DNA of 64,000 bases from assembly GCA_965219095.1 (NCBI GenBank), contig OZ244719.1:546142-610141 (forward strand). Direction: 5' to 3'. The notes beneath the pieces are model-generated. The model did not search any database. It was not told the DNA's origin and saw only the letters and a program-made list of their open reading frames with translations. Numbering within the stretch: the first letter of the stretch is position 1; every line of letters starts with the position of its first letter. The stretch is from Bdellovibrionales bacterium. Lineage in GTDB: Bacteria > Bdellovibrionota > Bdellovibrionia > Bdellovibrionales > UBA1609. The position numbers were made by a program, and so were the translations under genes. Below, piece by piece: positions 41,717 through 51,757 of the stretch.

Positions 41717-43231
41717 TTAATAATCTCTACAAGTATGTGTTCCTAAATAGTAATACGAACCTAGCTCATCAAGCCAGTATTCACTTTCAAAGGGCCAATA
41801 ATCATATCCTTTTTGCACATAAAAATCCCGACCTTTGTCAAAGTCAATCGCTTCTTTAAATTTCTTCTTCTTATCTTCTTGCTTCTTTGCATATTTTTCC
41901 CTTTGACTTTTTATCAAATCAAATTGAATCAACTCTTTTTGCTCAAAAAACTCTTCAAGCTGTAACTTGGTTGTCATAACATGCCTCTTAATGATTCTTC
42001 CCGCTTTGATTTGAGCATTTCTTAAACGACGTTTTAATGTAGCTTCAGTATAGCGTCCTAAAGAAGTTTTTTTCCAACGAGGTGAGAAAACCTTTGTTCT
42101 TTCTATTTCCTGAATTAAATTCCCTACATAATTATGAGCACTTAAAAAATCACCCTCTTTACTAATTTTAAAGGCTACTTTTGAAGGGAGTTTTAATTCT
42201 AAAGAGCTTATATTTTGGCCTCTCATAAACCTTTCTATAAATTTATAGTAATTAATAAGTTTTTTCTCTGAATTCAAATACATTTTAATGTGATTGTACA
42301 TTTTCATATAATCTTTTTCAAAAATAGTTAAAACCTTCTTAGCCTCCTCATATTGACAAATGTAAAGATAGACAATGCTTCTTAAAAGCAAAGATTCAGG
42401 AATGTAAAAATCTTCATAGAAAGGAGAATGGATGGTTTGAAAGTTGCTTAGTGCTGAACGAAAACTGCCACTTCTCAAAAAAGACCAACTACTTTCTAAA
42501 AATGTGTCATGCCATAAGGCCGTATCTTTAGGAATGTTCTTGTACTTTCTTAAAGCTCCCTCCCATTTTTTAGCCTGGTACAAAACACGAGCTTGACCCA
42601 TATGAGCAGCAACTTTTAAACTGTCATTAATGGGTGTGTCCTTTCTATAATCAACAAGCTGTTGGAAAGCTCTCAAAGCTTGTTGATTGCGGTTAAGTTC
42701 AGCATAAGATAAACCCTCACTGTATTTAGCACGTCCGTAGTACTTACTTCCAAGAGAAACCCTTCGTAAGCTTCTAATAGCATCCTCATACTGCCTATTT
42801 CTCATTTGAAATTGTCCAATACGAAAAAATAAGAGATTGTGAAGACTTTTAGGAAATCGACTTACTGTAACTTTTGACATAGAGTAGTTTAAAATAGTGT
42901 CATCTTCTAGTGTATCAGCAATCACAGCCATTTTTTCTAAACTTTTCTGCAGTAATCTACTGCCTGATTTACTTTTAATAATAGGGATAAATTGATAAGC
43001 TGCTAATTGATTTAAATCCATTTGATAAAGCATAAGACCTAGTAAATATTTAATTTCTAATTTTTTCTTTGCATACCGAGGTGCATGAGAGAGTTCATAA
43101 AAGAGGACTGAAGCTTTTTCGTAGTCTTTAGCCTGAGCTGCTATAATAGCAGCTTTTAAACTTCTTTTCTCAACACTAGCTTCAAGACTCTGACATAAAC
43201 ACAAAAGAAACATTAAGAAAATTTTTTTCAT
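41717..43231 (-). CDS. gltC: GltC-like TPR protein
   Basis: C-terminal YWPFESEYWLDELGSYYY; HSPFY...YIPESLLLRSIVYLYIC. Confidence 0.75.
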   Translation of the reverse strand: MKKIFLMFLLCLCQSLEASVEKRSLKAAIIAAQAKDYEKASVLFYELSHAPRYAKKKLEIKYLLGLMLYQMDLNQLAAYQFIPIIKSKSGSRLLQKSLEKMAVIADTLEDDTILNYSMSKVTVSRFPKSLHNLLFFRIGQFQMRNRQYEDAIRSLRRVSLGSKYYGRAKYSEGLSYAELNRNQQALRAFQQLVDYRKDTPINDSLKVAAHMGQARVLYQAKKWEGALRKYKNIPKDTALWHDTFLESSWSFLRSGSFRSALSNFQTIHSPFYEDFYIPESLLLRSIVYLYICQYEEAKKVLTIFEKDYMKMYNHIKMYLNSEKKLINYYKFIERFMRGQNISSLELKLPSKVAFKISKEGDFLSAHNYVGNLIQEIERTKVFSPRWKKTSLGRYTEATLKRRLRNAQIKAGRIIKRHVMTTKLQLEEFFEQKELIQFDLIKSQREKYAKKQEDKKKKFKEAIDFDKGRDFYVQKGYDYWPFESEYWLDELGSYYYLGTHTCRDY

Positions 43232-43953
43232 CTCCTCTTCACTCCTGGCAGGAAAAAACTAATTCCTGCTCCTGCATACACATCAGTCTGCTTCACCTTA
43301 GCTCCACCGTCGTCTTTTTTAAAATTGTAATGCATAAGACCTAAGTCCCAACGGAAGGCTAAAGACTGAGAAAGAGCAAACACTTGATTCATGCTGGCTG
43401 TAAAACCGAGAGCGTTTTTTGTCAACTCCTCAAAATCCTTATCAACATTCTTAATTGTGTACTTAGCTTTCACAAGACCTGCGCCTATGTTAAAACCTAG
43501 GTCAAAGGGAATGATACTTTTATTCAACCAAGCCATTTTTCCATAAATAGGAGTCCACTTTATAGATCCTCCTACAAACTGATCTGAATGAGTTGATTGA
43601 GCATTCCTATTCTCTCTCTCTACATTTTTTAGAATGCCTCTTTTTTTACGAAAGTACTTTTGATAAGTGAATTCAACTCCTAACTTCTCTTTAAAATAAT
43701 AAGACACATTAGCCCCTACTCCATAGCTTATAAAAAAAGAGTTATTCATAATGACAAAACCCGCAGGAGAAACTTCAAGCCTTTTAGTCTTAGGTAAATA
43801 CCTTTTTTGAATCACAGCAATGTTCTTAAACTTAAAGAGTTCAGTTAAACCAGAAAAATCCCCTTTTTTTTCTTGAGATTTAAAATTTTTTTTAAAATCA
43901 CCTTCCGCCCACAAGAAGCTATAAGAAACCATTAAAAAAACAAAAAACTTCAT
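43228..43953 (-). CDS. Outer-membrane beta-barrel protein (GltA/GltB-like)
   Basis: Signal peptide, IAVIQKRYLPK..RLE, WTPIYGK. Confidence 0.75.
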   Translation of the reverse strand: MKFFVFLMVSYSFLWAEGDFKKNFKSQEKKGDFSGLTELFKFKNIAVIQKRYLPKTKRLEVSPAGFVIMNNSFFISYGVGANVSYYFKEKLGVEFTYQKYFRKKRGILKNVERENRNAQSTHSDQFVGGSIKWTPIYGKMAWLNKSIIPFDLGFNIGAGLVKAKYTIKNVDKDFEELTKNALGFTASMNQVFALSQSLAFRWDLGLMHYNFKKDDGGAKVKQTDVYAGAGISFFLPGVKRR

Positions 43954-44016
43954 ACTACTATTTCATCACAATTTAGGAAAACTTGAAATCAAATGACAAA
44001 AAACAATCCTAAAGAC

Positions 44017-44757
44017 TTAAAACAAAAAAGAAAATCCACCCTTTAATACAGGACGAACAAACCACTTTGTTTCAAAAGAATCAAAAGGAGCTTCCCCTTC
44101 AGAAGGAAGCGATGTGCTATGTTTAGGTTCAAAAGGGTTAGGCGCTTGATAAAAGAGGACAGAAACTTCTAAATTCAAAGCCATATAAGGACTAAAGTAA
44201 AGCTGCTGACCCAAAGTAAGCCTACCCCCTACTTTTGTTTTATCTCCTATTTTAAGGCCTCCTACACCAACTCCTCCGTTAAAGAGAAGGTTAATGACCC
44301 TCACCTTAGAAAGGCTTATCTTTCCATAAAAAGCATTGTAAATATAATCCGCAAAATACAAATGCTTTATAGTGGGTGTAGCCTCTAATCTTATTTTATC
44401 AGGATTTTCAGGATTTTCAGGATTTATTGTTTTCTTTAACTCTTTACCGTCTTTAGATAAAGTTCTCTTCCAGTAAGCATAACTTACAGCTAAAGCTCCT
44501 CTTTCAGAAAAATAATACTTAGCCTGAACTCCCACATGGTACTCTCTGAAAATAGGCTGCACAAGACCTATCCCTCCTGTGAAGTCAAAACCAAATTTAT
44601 TTTTTAACTTAACTCTTGGTTTTTTAACCATGACACGATTTCTAAAAACAGGAAGTGCGGAATCCTTAGATAACTCTTCTTCAGAAAACTTAATAACCTT
44701 AGCTTGCAAATTTTGAGACCACACAAAAACAAAAAAAACAAAGAAAAACCGAAACAT
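44017..44757 (-). CDS. Outer-membrane beta-barrel protein (GltA/GltB-like)
   Basis: Signal peptide, FYGKISL, C-terminal Phe. Confidence 0.75.
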   Translation of the reverse strand: MFRFFFVFFVFVWSQNLQAKVIKFSEEELSKDSALPVFRNRVMVKKPRVKLKNKFGFDFTGGIGLVQPIFREYHVGVQAKYYFSERGALAVSYAYWKRTLSKDGKELKKTINPENPENPDKIRLEATPTIKHLYFADYIYNAFYGKISLSKVRVINLLFNGGVGVGGLKIGDKTKVGGRLTLGQQLYFSPYMALNLEVSVLFYQAPNPFEPKHSTSLPSEGEAPFDSFETKWFVRPVLKGGFSFLF

Positions 44758-44828
44758 ACTTACCTAACCATTTTATTAAGATTTTTTTCTAGAATCCACT
44801 TAGTAAAAAAATCTTAGCCTTTTGTCCA

Positions 44829-46433
44829 TTATCTAGAGTTCATGTATTTTAAGCCGGCCTTTACTAAACTTACAAACAAAGGATGAGGTTTAAGGGGACG
44901 AGACTGAAGCTCAGGATGAAACTGAACTCCAATAAACCAGGGATGATCTTTAAGCTCTATAGTCTCCATTACAGAAATGTTATGACTTTTACCTTTTCCT
45001 GAAAACAACATACCTTTTCTAGAAAGTAAATCCTTGTATTGATTGTTAAACTCCAACCTATGCCTATGTCTTTCAAAAATACATCTTTTTTTATAAATTC
45101 CAGAAATTTTTGAATCTCTCTCTAATGTACATAGCTGAGCTCCTAACCTCATAGTTCCTCCTGTTTGTACTTTATCTGATTGGTTTTCCAAAAAATCAAT
45201 CACAGCATGTTGTGTTCTAGGTTTAAGTTCTCTGCTTGTAGCTTGTTTCAAACCGCAAACATGACGTGCAAACTCAATGGCCATAAGTTGCATGCCGAAA
45301 CAAATTCCTAAAAGAGGACAGCCTGACTCTCTGGCCCATTCGATAGCTTTGAGTTTACCTTCGCTTCCTCTTTCTCCAAAACCTCCTGGAATGATAAGAG
45401 CTGACATCTTCTGTAATTTCTCTTTTGCCTTCATAAAGCTTTCATCAGACTGAATGTAATGAATGTTCACTTTGGCTTGATTGGCTAAACCTCCATGACT
45501 TAAAGCTTCAATGATGGACTTATAGCTTTCAACAAGCTTTATATACTTTCCTACAATTCCCACATCCAATTGTTTTTTAGGATGTTTCATTCTATAAACC
45601 ATATGCCTCCATCGGTTGAGAGAAGAGAAAGAAGCAACCTTTTTTATATTTAAACCCTTCATAATTAACTTATCTAAGTTTTCTTTGTGGAGTTTTAAAG
45701 GTACTTCATACACATAATCCACATCCCTTCCCTCTATGACAAACTCTTGATGAAGGTTACAAAAAAGACCAATTTTTTTCTTAAAGGATGAGGTCAAAGT
45801 CTTCTGTGTTCTACAAATTAAAACATCAGGCTGTATTCCTAATTCCCTTAAAGTTTTCACAGAATGTTGTGTGGGTTTACTTTTTAACTCCCCTACTGAT
45901 TCTAAAAAAGGTACATAAGTCACATGAATGAAAAAAGACTTACTTTTGACTTCAACACCTAACTGACGAATGGCCTCTATAAAATGCTGTCCTTCAAGGT
46001 CACCTATGGTACCCCCAATCTCTACGATAAGTACATCTACTCTCTTAGCTAAATGTTTCAGACGGACTTTAATTTCATCAACAACATGGGGTATGACTTG
46101 AACGGTACTACCCTTATAAACACCTTTTCTTTCTTTTTCCAAAACCGTCTTATAAATCTGCCCTGTAGTGATACTGTTTTTTCTTTTTAAAGTAACACTT
46201 GTGAACCTCTCATAATGGCCTAAATCTAAATCTGTTTCAAAACCATCTTCAGTAACAAATACCTCGCCATGTTGCAAAGGAGATAAAGTGCCAGGATCAA
46301 CGTTTAAATAAGGATCACATTTAACTAAACTTATTTTAACCTTACCAGCCTCTAAAAGAGTCCCTATAGACGCCGCTACAATTCCTTTCCCTATGGAGGA
46401 TAGAACTCCTCCTGTTACAAACACAAACTTCAT
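44829..46433 (-). CDS. pyrG: CTP synthase
   Basis: TGGVLSSIGKG, DPYLNVDPGT, KSKPTQHSV, GICFGMQ, QFHPE. Confidence 0.98.
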   Translation of the reverse strand: MKFVFVTGGVLSSIGKGIVAASIGTLLEAGKVKISLVKCDPYLNVDPGTLSPLQHGEVFVTEDGFETDLDLGHYERFTSVTLKRKNSITTGQIYKTVLEKERKGVYKGSTVQVIPHVVDEIKVRLKHLAKRVDVLIVEIGGTIGDLEGQHFIEAIRQLGVEVKSKSFFIHVTYVPFLESVGELKSKPTQHSVKTLRELGIQPDVLICRTQKTLTSSFKKKIGLFCNLHQEFVIEGRDVDYVYEVPLKLHKENLDKLIMKGLNIKKVASFSSLNRWRHMVYRMKHPKKQLDVGIVGKYIKLVESYKSIIEALSHGGLANQAKVNIHYIQSDESFMKAKEKLQKMSALIIPGGFGERGSEGKLKAIEWARESGCPLLGICFGMQLMAIEFARHVCGLKQATSRELKPRTQHAVIDFLENQSDKVQTGGTMRLGAQLCTLERDSKISGIYKKRCIFERHRHRLEFNNQYKDLLSRKGMLFSGKGKSHNISVMETIELKDHPWFIGVQFHPELQSRPLKPHPLFVSLVKAGLKYMNSR

Positions 46434-46638
46434 ATTTCAACTTTCTTTTTTCACTCACAGAATAACTTTAATTAATAAACTGTCAACTCTTTTGTCTTTA
46501 TTTTGAGATATTTTCTAGGAAATAAGACTAAAAAAATCCTCCCAAACCTTTCTGTTATTCTTCAAGATGGCCTTTTTTTTGTAAGAAATATTTTCGTAAA
46601 AAGTACAATTAAGACCCATCAAAAAGAAAGGAGTACTT

Positions 46639-47826
46639 ATGTTTTTAAAGCAAAAAGACAAATTCATACCCTTAAAAGCTTTCTTCTCTATAGGCTCAGA
46701 TCTACAAAATCACATCGTCATCAAGTCAGACCATATCGCCCCTCAACATGCACGTATCAGAAAATATTCTAATGGCTATCAAATACAAAGAATCAACTCC
46801 CAACACAAAGTTTTTCTCAATAAACAGGAAATCTCATCAGAGTTCTTAAAAGATGGTGATGAAATCACATTAGCAGAAACTTCCTTTCATTTTACTGATA
46901 TGAAAAGACCCCCCCTTACAAGTAAAAATCCCTTATGGCAAAAAGAACTTTTAAAGTTATATGACATCTCCCTTTCTAATCTGCCTGTTCTTATGACAGG
47001 CCCTAGTGGCTCAGGAAAAGATCGTCTAGCTCGTTTTATGCACGATGTTTCCTCTAGATCTCACAAACCTATGGTGATTCTTAACTGCGGAGCTTTTCAC
47101 TCTAACCTAGCGGCTTCAGAACTTTTTGGACATATAAAGGGAAGCTTTACAGACGCACTCAGAGACAGAGAAGGAGCTTTTGAAACAGCTCATGGAAGCA
47201 CTCTTTTTTTAGATGAAATAGGAGACCTTCCTTTAAGTATACAACCGCAACTTTTAAGAGTTTTAGAAAACCAGCAAATAAAACCTCTTGGCTCAGACAA
47301 AACAATTTGTGTTGATGTTCGTATCATCACAGCCACCCATCATGATTTAAAAAAGAAAGTTTTAACCGGAGAGTTTCGAGAGGATCTCTATTACAGACTC
47401 TCTGTTTTAAAAGTTAAAATCCCACCTCTTAAAGAAAGAATCGAGGATTTTGAAACTCTTATTTTTCAATTTGCTAGAGAAATGAAAGTACGTTTCAGCT
47501 ACCTAGCTATTGAGTTTCTTAAAAAACAAAACTGGAATGGCAACGTTCGAGAACTCAAAAACCTCGTAGCAAGAGCCTCTGTTCTTTACAAAGGTCAAAC
47601 TATTTGTAAAAAAGAGGCCTTCATACTTTTAGACCCCATCTATAAAGATACACAAATTAAAGACTACAACGATCTCAAACATGCTGAAAAAGAAATGATT
47701 GTATATTCTTTAACACAGCATAAAGGCAACCGAGCTAAAGCTGCTTACGATTTAAAAATTCCCAGAACAACTTTATACGAAAAAACAAAGCAATACAAAA
47801 TCGATATACAAAAATTAAAATTATAA
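46639..47826 (+). CDS. FHA-domain sigma54-dependent transcriptional activator
   Basis: N-terminal FHA-like region; GPSGSGKD, SELFGHIKGSFTDA, FLDEIGD, FREDLYYRL; Fis HTH. Confidence 0.9.
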   Translation: MFLKQKDKFIPLKAFFSIGSDLQNHIVIKSDHIAPQHARIRKYSNGYQIQRINSQHKVFLNKQEISSEFLKDGDEITLAETSFHFTDMKRPPLTSKNPLWQKELLKLYDISLSNLPVLMTGPSGSGKDRLARFMHDVSSRSHKPMVILNCGAFHSNLAASELFGHIKGSFTDALRDREGAFETAHGSTLFLDEIGDLPLSIQPQLLRVLENQQIKPLGSDKTICVDVRIITATHHDLKKKVLTGEFREDLYYRLSVLKVKIPPLKERIEDFETLIFQFAREMKVRFSYLAIEFLKKQNWNGNVRELKNLVARASVLYKGQTICKKEAFILLDPIYKDTQIKDYNDLKHAEKEMIVYSLTQHKGNRAKAAYDLKIPRTTLYEKTKQYKIDIQKLKL

Positions 47827-48885
47827 GGAGAATCTTTGTGCTTCATCTTGACAAATTAAAGAAAACACTTGGGCTTTTTCAAATTCATCTCTGTTAGGAT
47901 ACTCACTCATATAATAAAGCATCTTATGGGTCACATAGGTTATAGATTCCATCTGAGGAAGATCTTCTAGATCAATATAATGAAAGCGAATGTCTTTCTC
48001 CTGCAAGACATCATTCCACAAAAGCTCTGAAGCTCCCCTGTAAGATAAAAGAATCAAGTTCTTTCCATCAGGAGAAAAACTCATATCTGTAGCCACATCA
48101 AAAAACAAGTGAAAGAAGGATTGAAAAAACCCCTTTTCTTCAAGAAAAACCTTGTTTTTTTTGAAAGACAAGAGTTCTCTTCCATAACCTAAAGCTTTCT
48201 TAAAAAAATCATGAAAACCTAGTTCTTTCATGTCTATTTTTCTTATAAAATGAGCTTTTAAAAAAGTTCCATCCCCTCTTGATTCAAAAGCCTTCCTTTC
48301 AATCCTATAAAGTCTTTGGGAAGAAAAAAGAGATTTTGTTAAAATATAAATGTCTTGAGTTATAGGATGAACAGCTAAACTTTCCGCATCTTGAAATTTA
48401 AAGTCTTCGTACTCAAACTCATAACTTCGAACATGAGAGAAAAAAAGATTCTCTCGATCTTCTACAGCATAAAGAACAAGATGTTGTCTCTTATTTGCGT
48501 TATCACCTATATCACCAATAAAAATGCACTTTTTGTCACTCCAAGGACACTTTCCATAAGCTAAAGCCTCCCCATCTTGAAACTTAAAACTCTTATGAGA
48601 AAACTTTGACCATTTTATCTTTTTTCCTCCTCCTTTTTGTTCTTCTTTCTTTCCAGAAAATAAAATGTAAAAAAGCTCTGCCCGACTGTCATGGAGCAAA
48701 TAAAGCCTTTGGGTTTGAAAAGAGTAAGTCAAACCACTTATTTCATTGAAGAGAGGAAGGGGTAATTCAAAAGCCACCTCAGAGATAGGATTCTGGCAAC
48801 CCTCAAAACCATAGGAGGCTTCAAACCTCCAAAATGGAAAAATAAGTGTAAAAATTAAGAACCCTAAAACCCTTTTTGATGCCAA
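47821..48885 (-). CDS. Exported beta-propeller-like hypothetical protein
   Basis: Signal peptide; EISGL, DGEALA, IGDIGDN, DAESLAVHP, QMESIT motifs. Confidence 0.65.
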   Translation of the reverse strand: MASKRVLGFLIFTLIFPFWRFEASYGFEGCQNPISEVAFELPLPLFNEISGLTYSFQTQRLYLLHDSRAELFYILFSGKKEEQKGGGKKIKWSKFSHKSFKFQDGEALAYGKCPWSDKKCIFIGDIGDNANKRQHLVLYAVEDRENLFFSHVRSYEFEYEDFKFQDAESLAVHPITQDIYILTKSLFSSQRLYRIERKAFESRGDGTFLKAHFIRKIDMKELGFHDFFKKALGYGRELLSFKKNKVFLEEKGFFQSFFHLFFDVATDMSFSPDGKNLILLSYRGASELLWNDVLQEKDIRFHYIDLEDLPQMESITYVTHKMLYYMSEYPNRDEFEKAQVFSLICQDEAQRFSL

Positions 48886-49171
48886 ATTCCAAACCTCTCT
48901 CTTATTTCTTTCTTATTTATCGTTCATACCATAAAAATTTAGAACAAAGCATAAAAAATCAAGCTTTTTTAAAAAACATGCTTTAAACCTCTTAAGTTTG
49001 TATCTCAATAAAACCAAGTAAGAAATCTCTCAAATAAAAATTAAGCCCACTTTAAGCTTATTTTTTTAAAACCCTTAGGCTATCTTGATGCAGGGCTACA
49101 AAAAAGCTTTTTTCTTCAAAGGAATTTTCAATTTTTCTTGTGAGTTTACCTAACTAAAGTTAAAAAAGAGT

Positions 49172-50125
49172 ATGCTTCAAGTCAGCTCAAAAGTAACCTC
49201 TTCTATTGTTTCTTTTTGCAAGAAAAAGGGCTTTACTTTTCCTTTAGAAGACATCACCAGCCAAATCTTCCCCTACCCTTTTGAATCCTTAAAGGAACCT
49301 GACTTATGGCTTAGAGCATCTAGAACAGAAAAGTTTTTAGCAAAATTTCAAAAGTTTTATCCTGACCAAAAACCTCATATCATAACTCAAGTCGCTCACC
49401 ACTGTGCTGAATTAAAATCTTGGGGAACTTTAGATGCTGTGATGATTCTTATGGAGAAGCCCTCTTCTTTTTATCAAAAACCTGAAAAGTTTCTTACCTA
49501 TTTTTTAAACCCCACCATATCCCTAGAGGGTTTTAAAAAGAACGAAAATTTTGTAGAGTTTATTTTTCCCATAAGTTCTAAAAAATTTCCCTGCCTCACA
49601 ACTTACTTCAAATCTGTCCTCGAAGCTCTTCCCTCCTTTATAGGGAAAAACTTTAACAAAGTTTTATGGGATGAAAATGATAAAGTCCTTGTCTCTTGGG
49701 GTGATACTCAACAGGCTTTCTGGAATCAAAAAACCACTTCAAACAAAGAACTTCAGGAAAGTTTAGAGAAAGCTTCTAAAATACTTGAAGAAAGAAATAA
49801 AGAAATAGAGCTTTTAAAAGACAGTTTGAACTCTTGTAATTTATCAAAAAAGAACCATTCTTTAGATTTCATACGAGATCAGATTATAAGCAACATGAGT
49901 GATTCTCTTCTCACTTTAAATGACTATCTTTTAAGAACAGAACAGTTCATTGGTTTTATAAAAAATGATAAAGCTCTTAACCCTGAAAAAATTCAATCCT
50001 TTCTAAAAAAACTTGATCTTGAAAACATTTCTAAAAAACGCTCAGAAATTTATCAGCAAGTCAATCACTACTACAAATCCTATGAAAGTTTTTTAAACGA
50101 AAAACCTCACAATGTTTCAAGTTAA
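49172..50125 (+). CDS. Hypothetical protein with C-terminal coiled coil
   Basis: 317-aa ORF overlapping the eno start. Confidence 0.7.
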   Translation: MLQVSSKVTSSIVSFCKKKGFTFPLEDITSQIFPYPFESLKEPDLWLRASRTEKFLAKFQKFYPDQKPHIITQVAHHCAELKSWGTLDAVMILMEKPSSFYQKPEKFLTYFLNPTISLEGFKKNENFVEFIFPISSKKFPCLTTYFKSVLEALPSFIGKNFNKVLWDENDKVLVSWGDTQQAFWNQKTTSNKELQESLEKASKILEERNKEIELLKDSLNSCNLSKKNHSLDFIRDQIISNMSDSLLTLNDYLLRTEQFIGFIKNDKALNPEKIQSFLKKLDLENISKKRSEIYQQVNHYYKSYESFLNEKPHNVSS

Positions 50126-51383
50126 ACATTTAAAAGCAAGAGAGATTCTCGACAGTCGAGGACTGCCAACTGTTGAAGTAGAAGCTCAACTTCTCTCCAA
50201 CACAATGGCTTGGAAAGCCTCCGTTCCTTCCGGAGCCTCTACAGGATCTTTTGAAGCTTGTGAGTTAAGGGACAAAGACTCAAACCGTTTTCATGGAAAA
50301 GGGGTTTTAAAAGCTATTTCCCATGTGAATGAAATCATAGCTCCTCATATTAAAACCTTTAAAAACCAAAAGGATTTAGATGAAAAACTTAAAAATTTAG
50401 ACCATACAGATGACAAATCTAAACTAGGAGCTAACGCTCTTTTAGCCGTGTCCTTAGCTTTAGCTAAAGCTCAGGCAGAGAGTGAAAAAAAAGAACTCTT
50501 TGAATTCTTTCACTCCTCTTCCTCCTATATCCTCCCTGTTCCTCTTATGAATTTACTCAACGGAGGAGCACACTCTAACAACAAACTTGAGGTCCAAGAA
50601 TTTATGATTGTACCTGTTTGTGGTGGAAGTTTTAAGGAAGCTTTAAGAGCAGGAAGCGAAGTGTTTCAGACCCTCAAAAACCTACTTCATAAAAAAGGTT
50701 TTTCCACATCTGTGGGAGATGAAGGTGGATTTGCTCCTTCTTTAAAATCAAATAGAGAGGGTTTAGAAATTTTAATGAAGGCTATTGAAAAGTCTCATTA
50801 CAAACCAGGAGAGGATATCTTTTTAGCCTTAGATGTAGCTTCCACAGAGTTCTTTACAGAAGGCTTTTATCTATGGGAGGGGAAAAAACTAAGATCCTAT
50901 GAACTTTCTGAAGTTTATAAAAAATGGAAAAAAGAGTTCCCTCTTATTAGCATTGAAGATGGTTTTAGCGAAGAAGACTGGGAGGCTTGGAGTGAGTTTT
51001 CAAAAGCTCAAGGAGATCACATACAACTTGTAGGAGATGATCTTTTTGTCACAAACCCCAAAAGATTAGAAAAAGGCTTTAAACTCAAGGCCGCCAATGC
51101 TCTTTTAGTCAAGCTCAATCAAATCGGACTTGTATCAGAAGCTCTAGAGGCTGTAAAAAAAGCAAAAAACCACTCTTATAAATGTGTAATGAGCCATAGA
51201 AGCGGAGAAACAGAGGATCACTACATTGCTGATCTTGCTGTAGCTTGGTCTTGTGAACAAATCAAAACAGGAGGCCTATCCCGATCAGAACGCATGTCTA
51301 AATACAACCAACTTCTACGTATTGAAGAAAGATTAGGTGAAAAAGCTCAATTCTTAGGACTTAAAGCCTTTAGCTCGTCATAA
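50112..51383 (+). CDS. eno: Enolase
   Basis: REILDSRG.PT, VPSGASTG, VGDEGGFAP, SHRSGETED. Confidence 0.98.
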   Translation: MFQVKHLKAREILDSRGLPTVEVEAQLLSNTMAWKASVPSGASTGSFEACELRDKDSNRFHGKGVLKAISHVNEIIAPHIKTFKNQKDLDEKLKNLDHTDDKSKLGANALLAVSLALAKAQAESEKKELFEFFHSSSSYILPVPLMNLLNGGAHSNNKLEVQEFMIVPVCGGSFKEALRAGSEVFQTLKNLLHKKGFSTSVGDEGGFAPSLKSNREGLEILMKAIEKSHYKPGEDIFLALDVASTEFFTEGFYLWEGKKLRSYELSEVYKKWKKEFPLISIEDGFSEEDWEAWSEFSKAQGDHIQLVGDDLFVTNPKRLEKGFKLKAANALLVKLNQIGLVSEALEAVKKAKNHSYKCVMSHRSGETEDHYIADLAVAWSCEQIKTGGLSRSERMSKYNQLLRIEERLGEKAQFLGLKAFSSS

Positions 51384-51430
51384 GTCCTTTTTACTATGGC
51401 TCTTTTAGAAGGTTTTCTATAAAATCATAA

Positions 51431-51757
51431 ATGATGGAAACAATTTTAAATCTTATAAGCTCTTTTTTAAACCAACCTCTAAAAATCCTCATTTATGGTT
51501 TCATCATCCTTCTGACCACCTTACTTTTAAACAACACCCTTTTTCACATCTGGCATCTCAAAAGAGACAATCAACTCCTAAAAGCACAAACAGAGGATTT
51601 TCAAGCCAAAACAGCCCGCCTTAAAGAAAAACTTAAGCTTACTTCCACTTCATCCTTTATCAGAAGCAAAGTCACTCAAAATTTAGATTTTGTGAAAAAT
51701 GATGAAATTATTTTTATCTTTACAGACTCATCTTCTAAAGCTAAAAATAAAGAATGA
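51431..51757 (+). CDS. ftsB: Septum formation initiator (FtsB/DivIC-like)
   Basis: Single TM, coiled coil, L.FVK.DEIIF; follows eno. Confidence 0.7.
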   Translation: MMETILNLISSFLNQPLKILIYGFIILLTTLLLNNTLFHIWHLKRDNQLLKAQTEDFQAKTARLKEKLKLTSTSSFIRSKVTQNLDFVKNDEIIFIFTDSSSKAKNKE

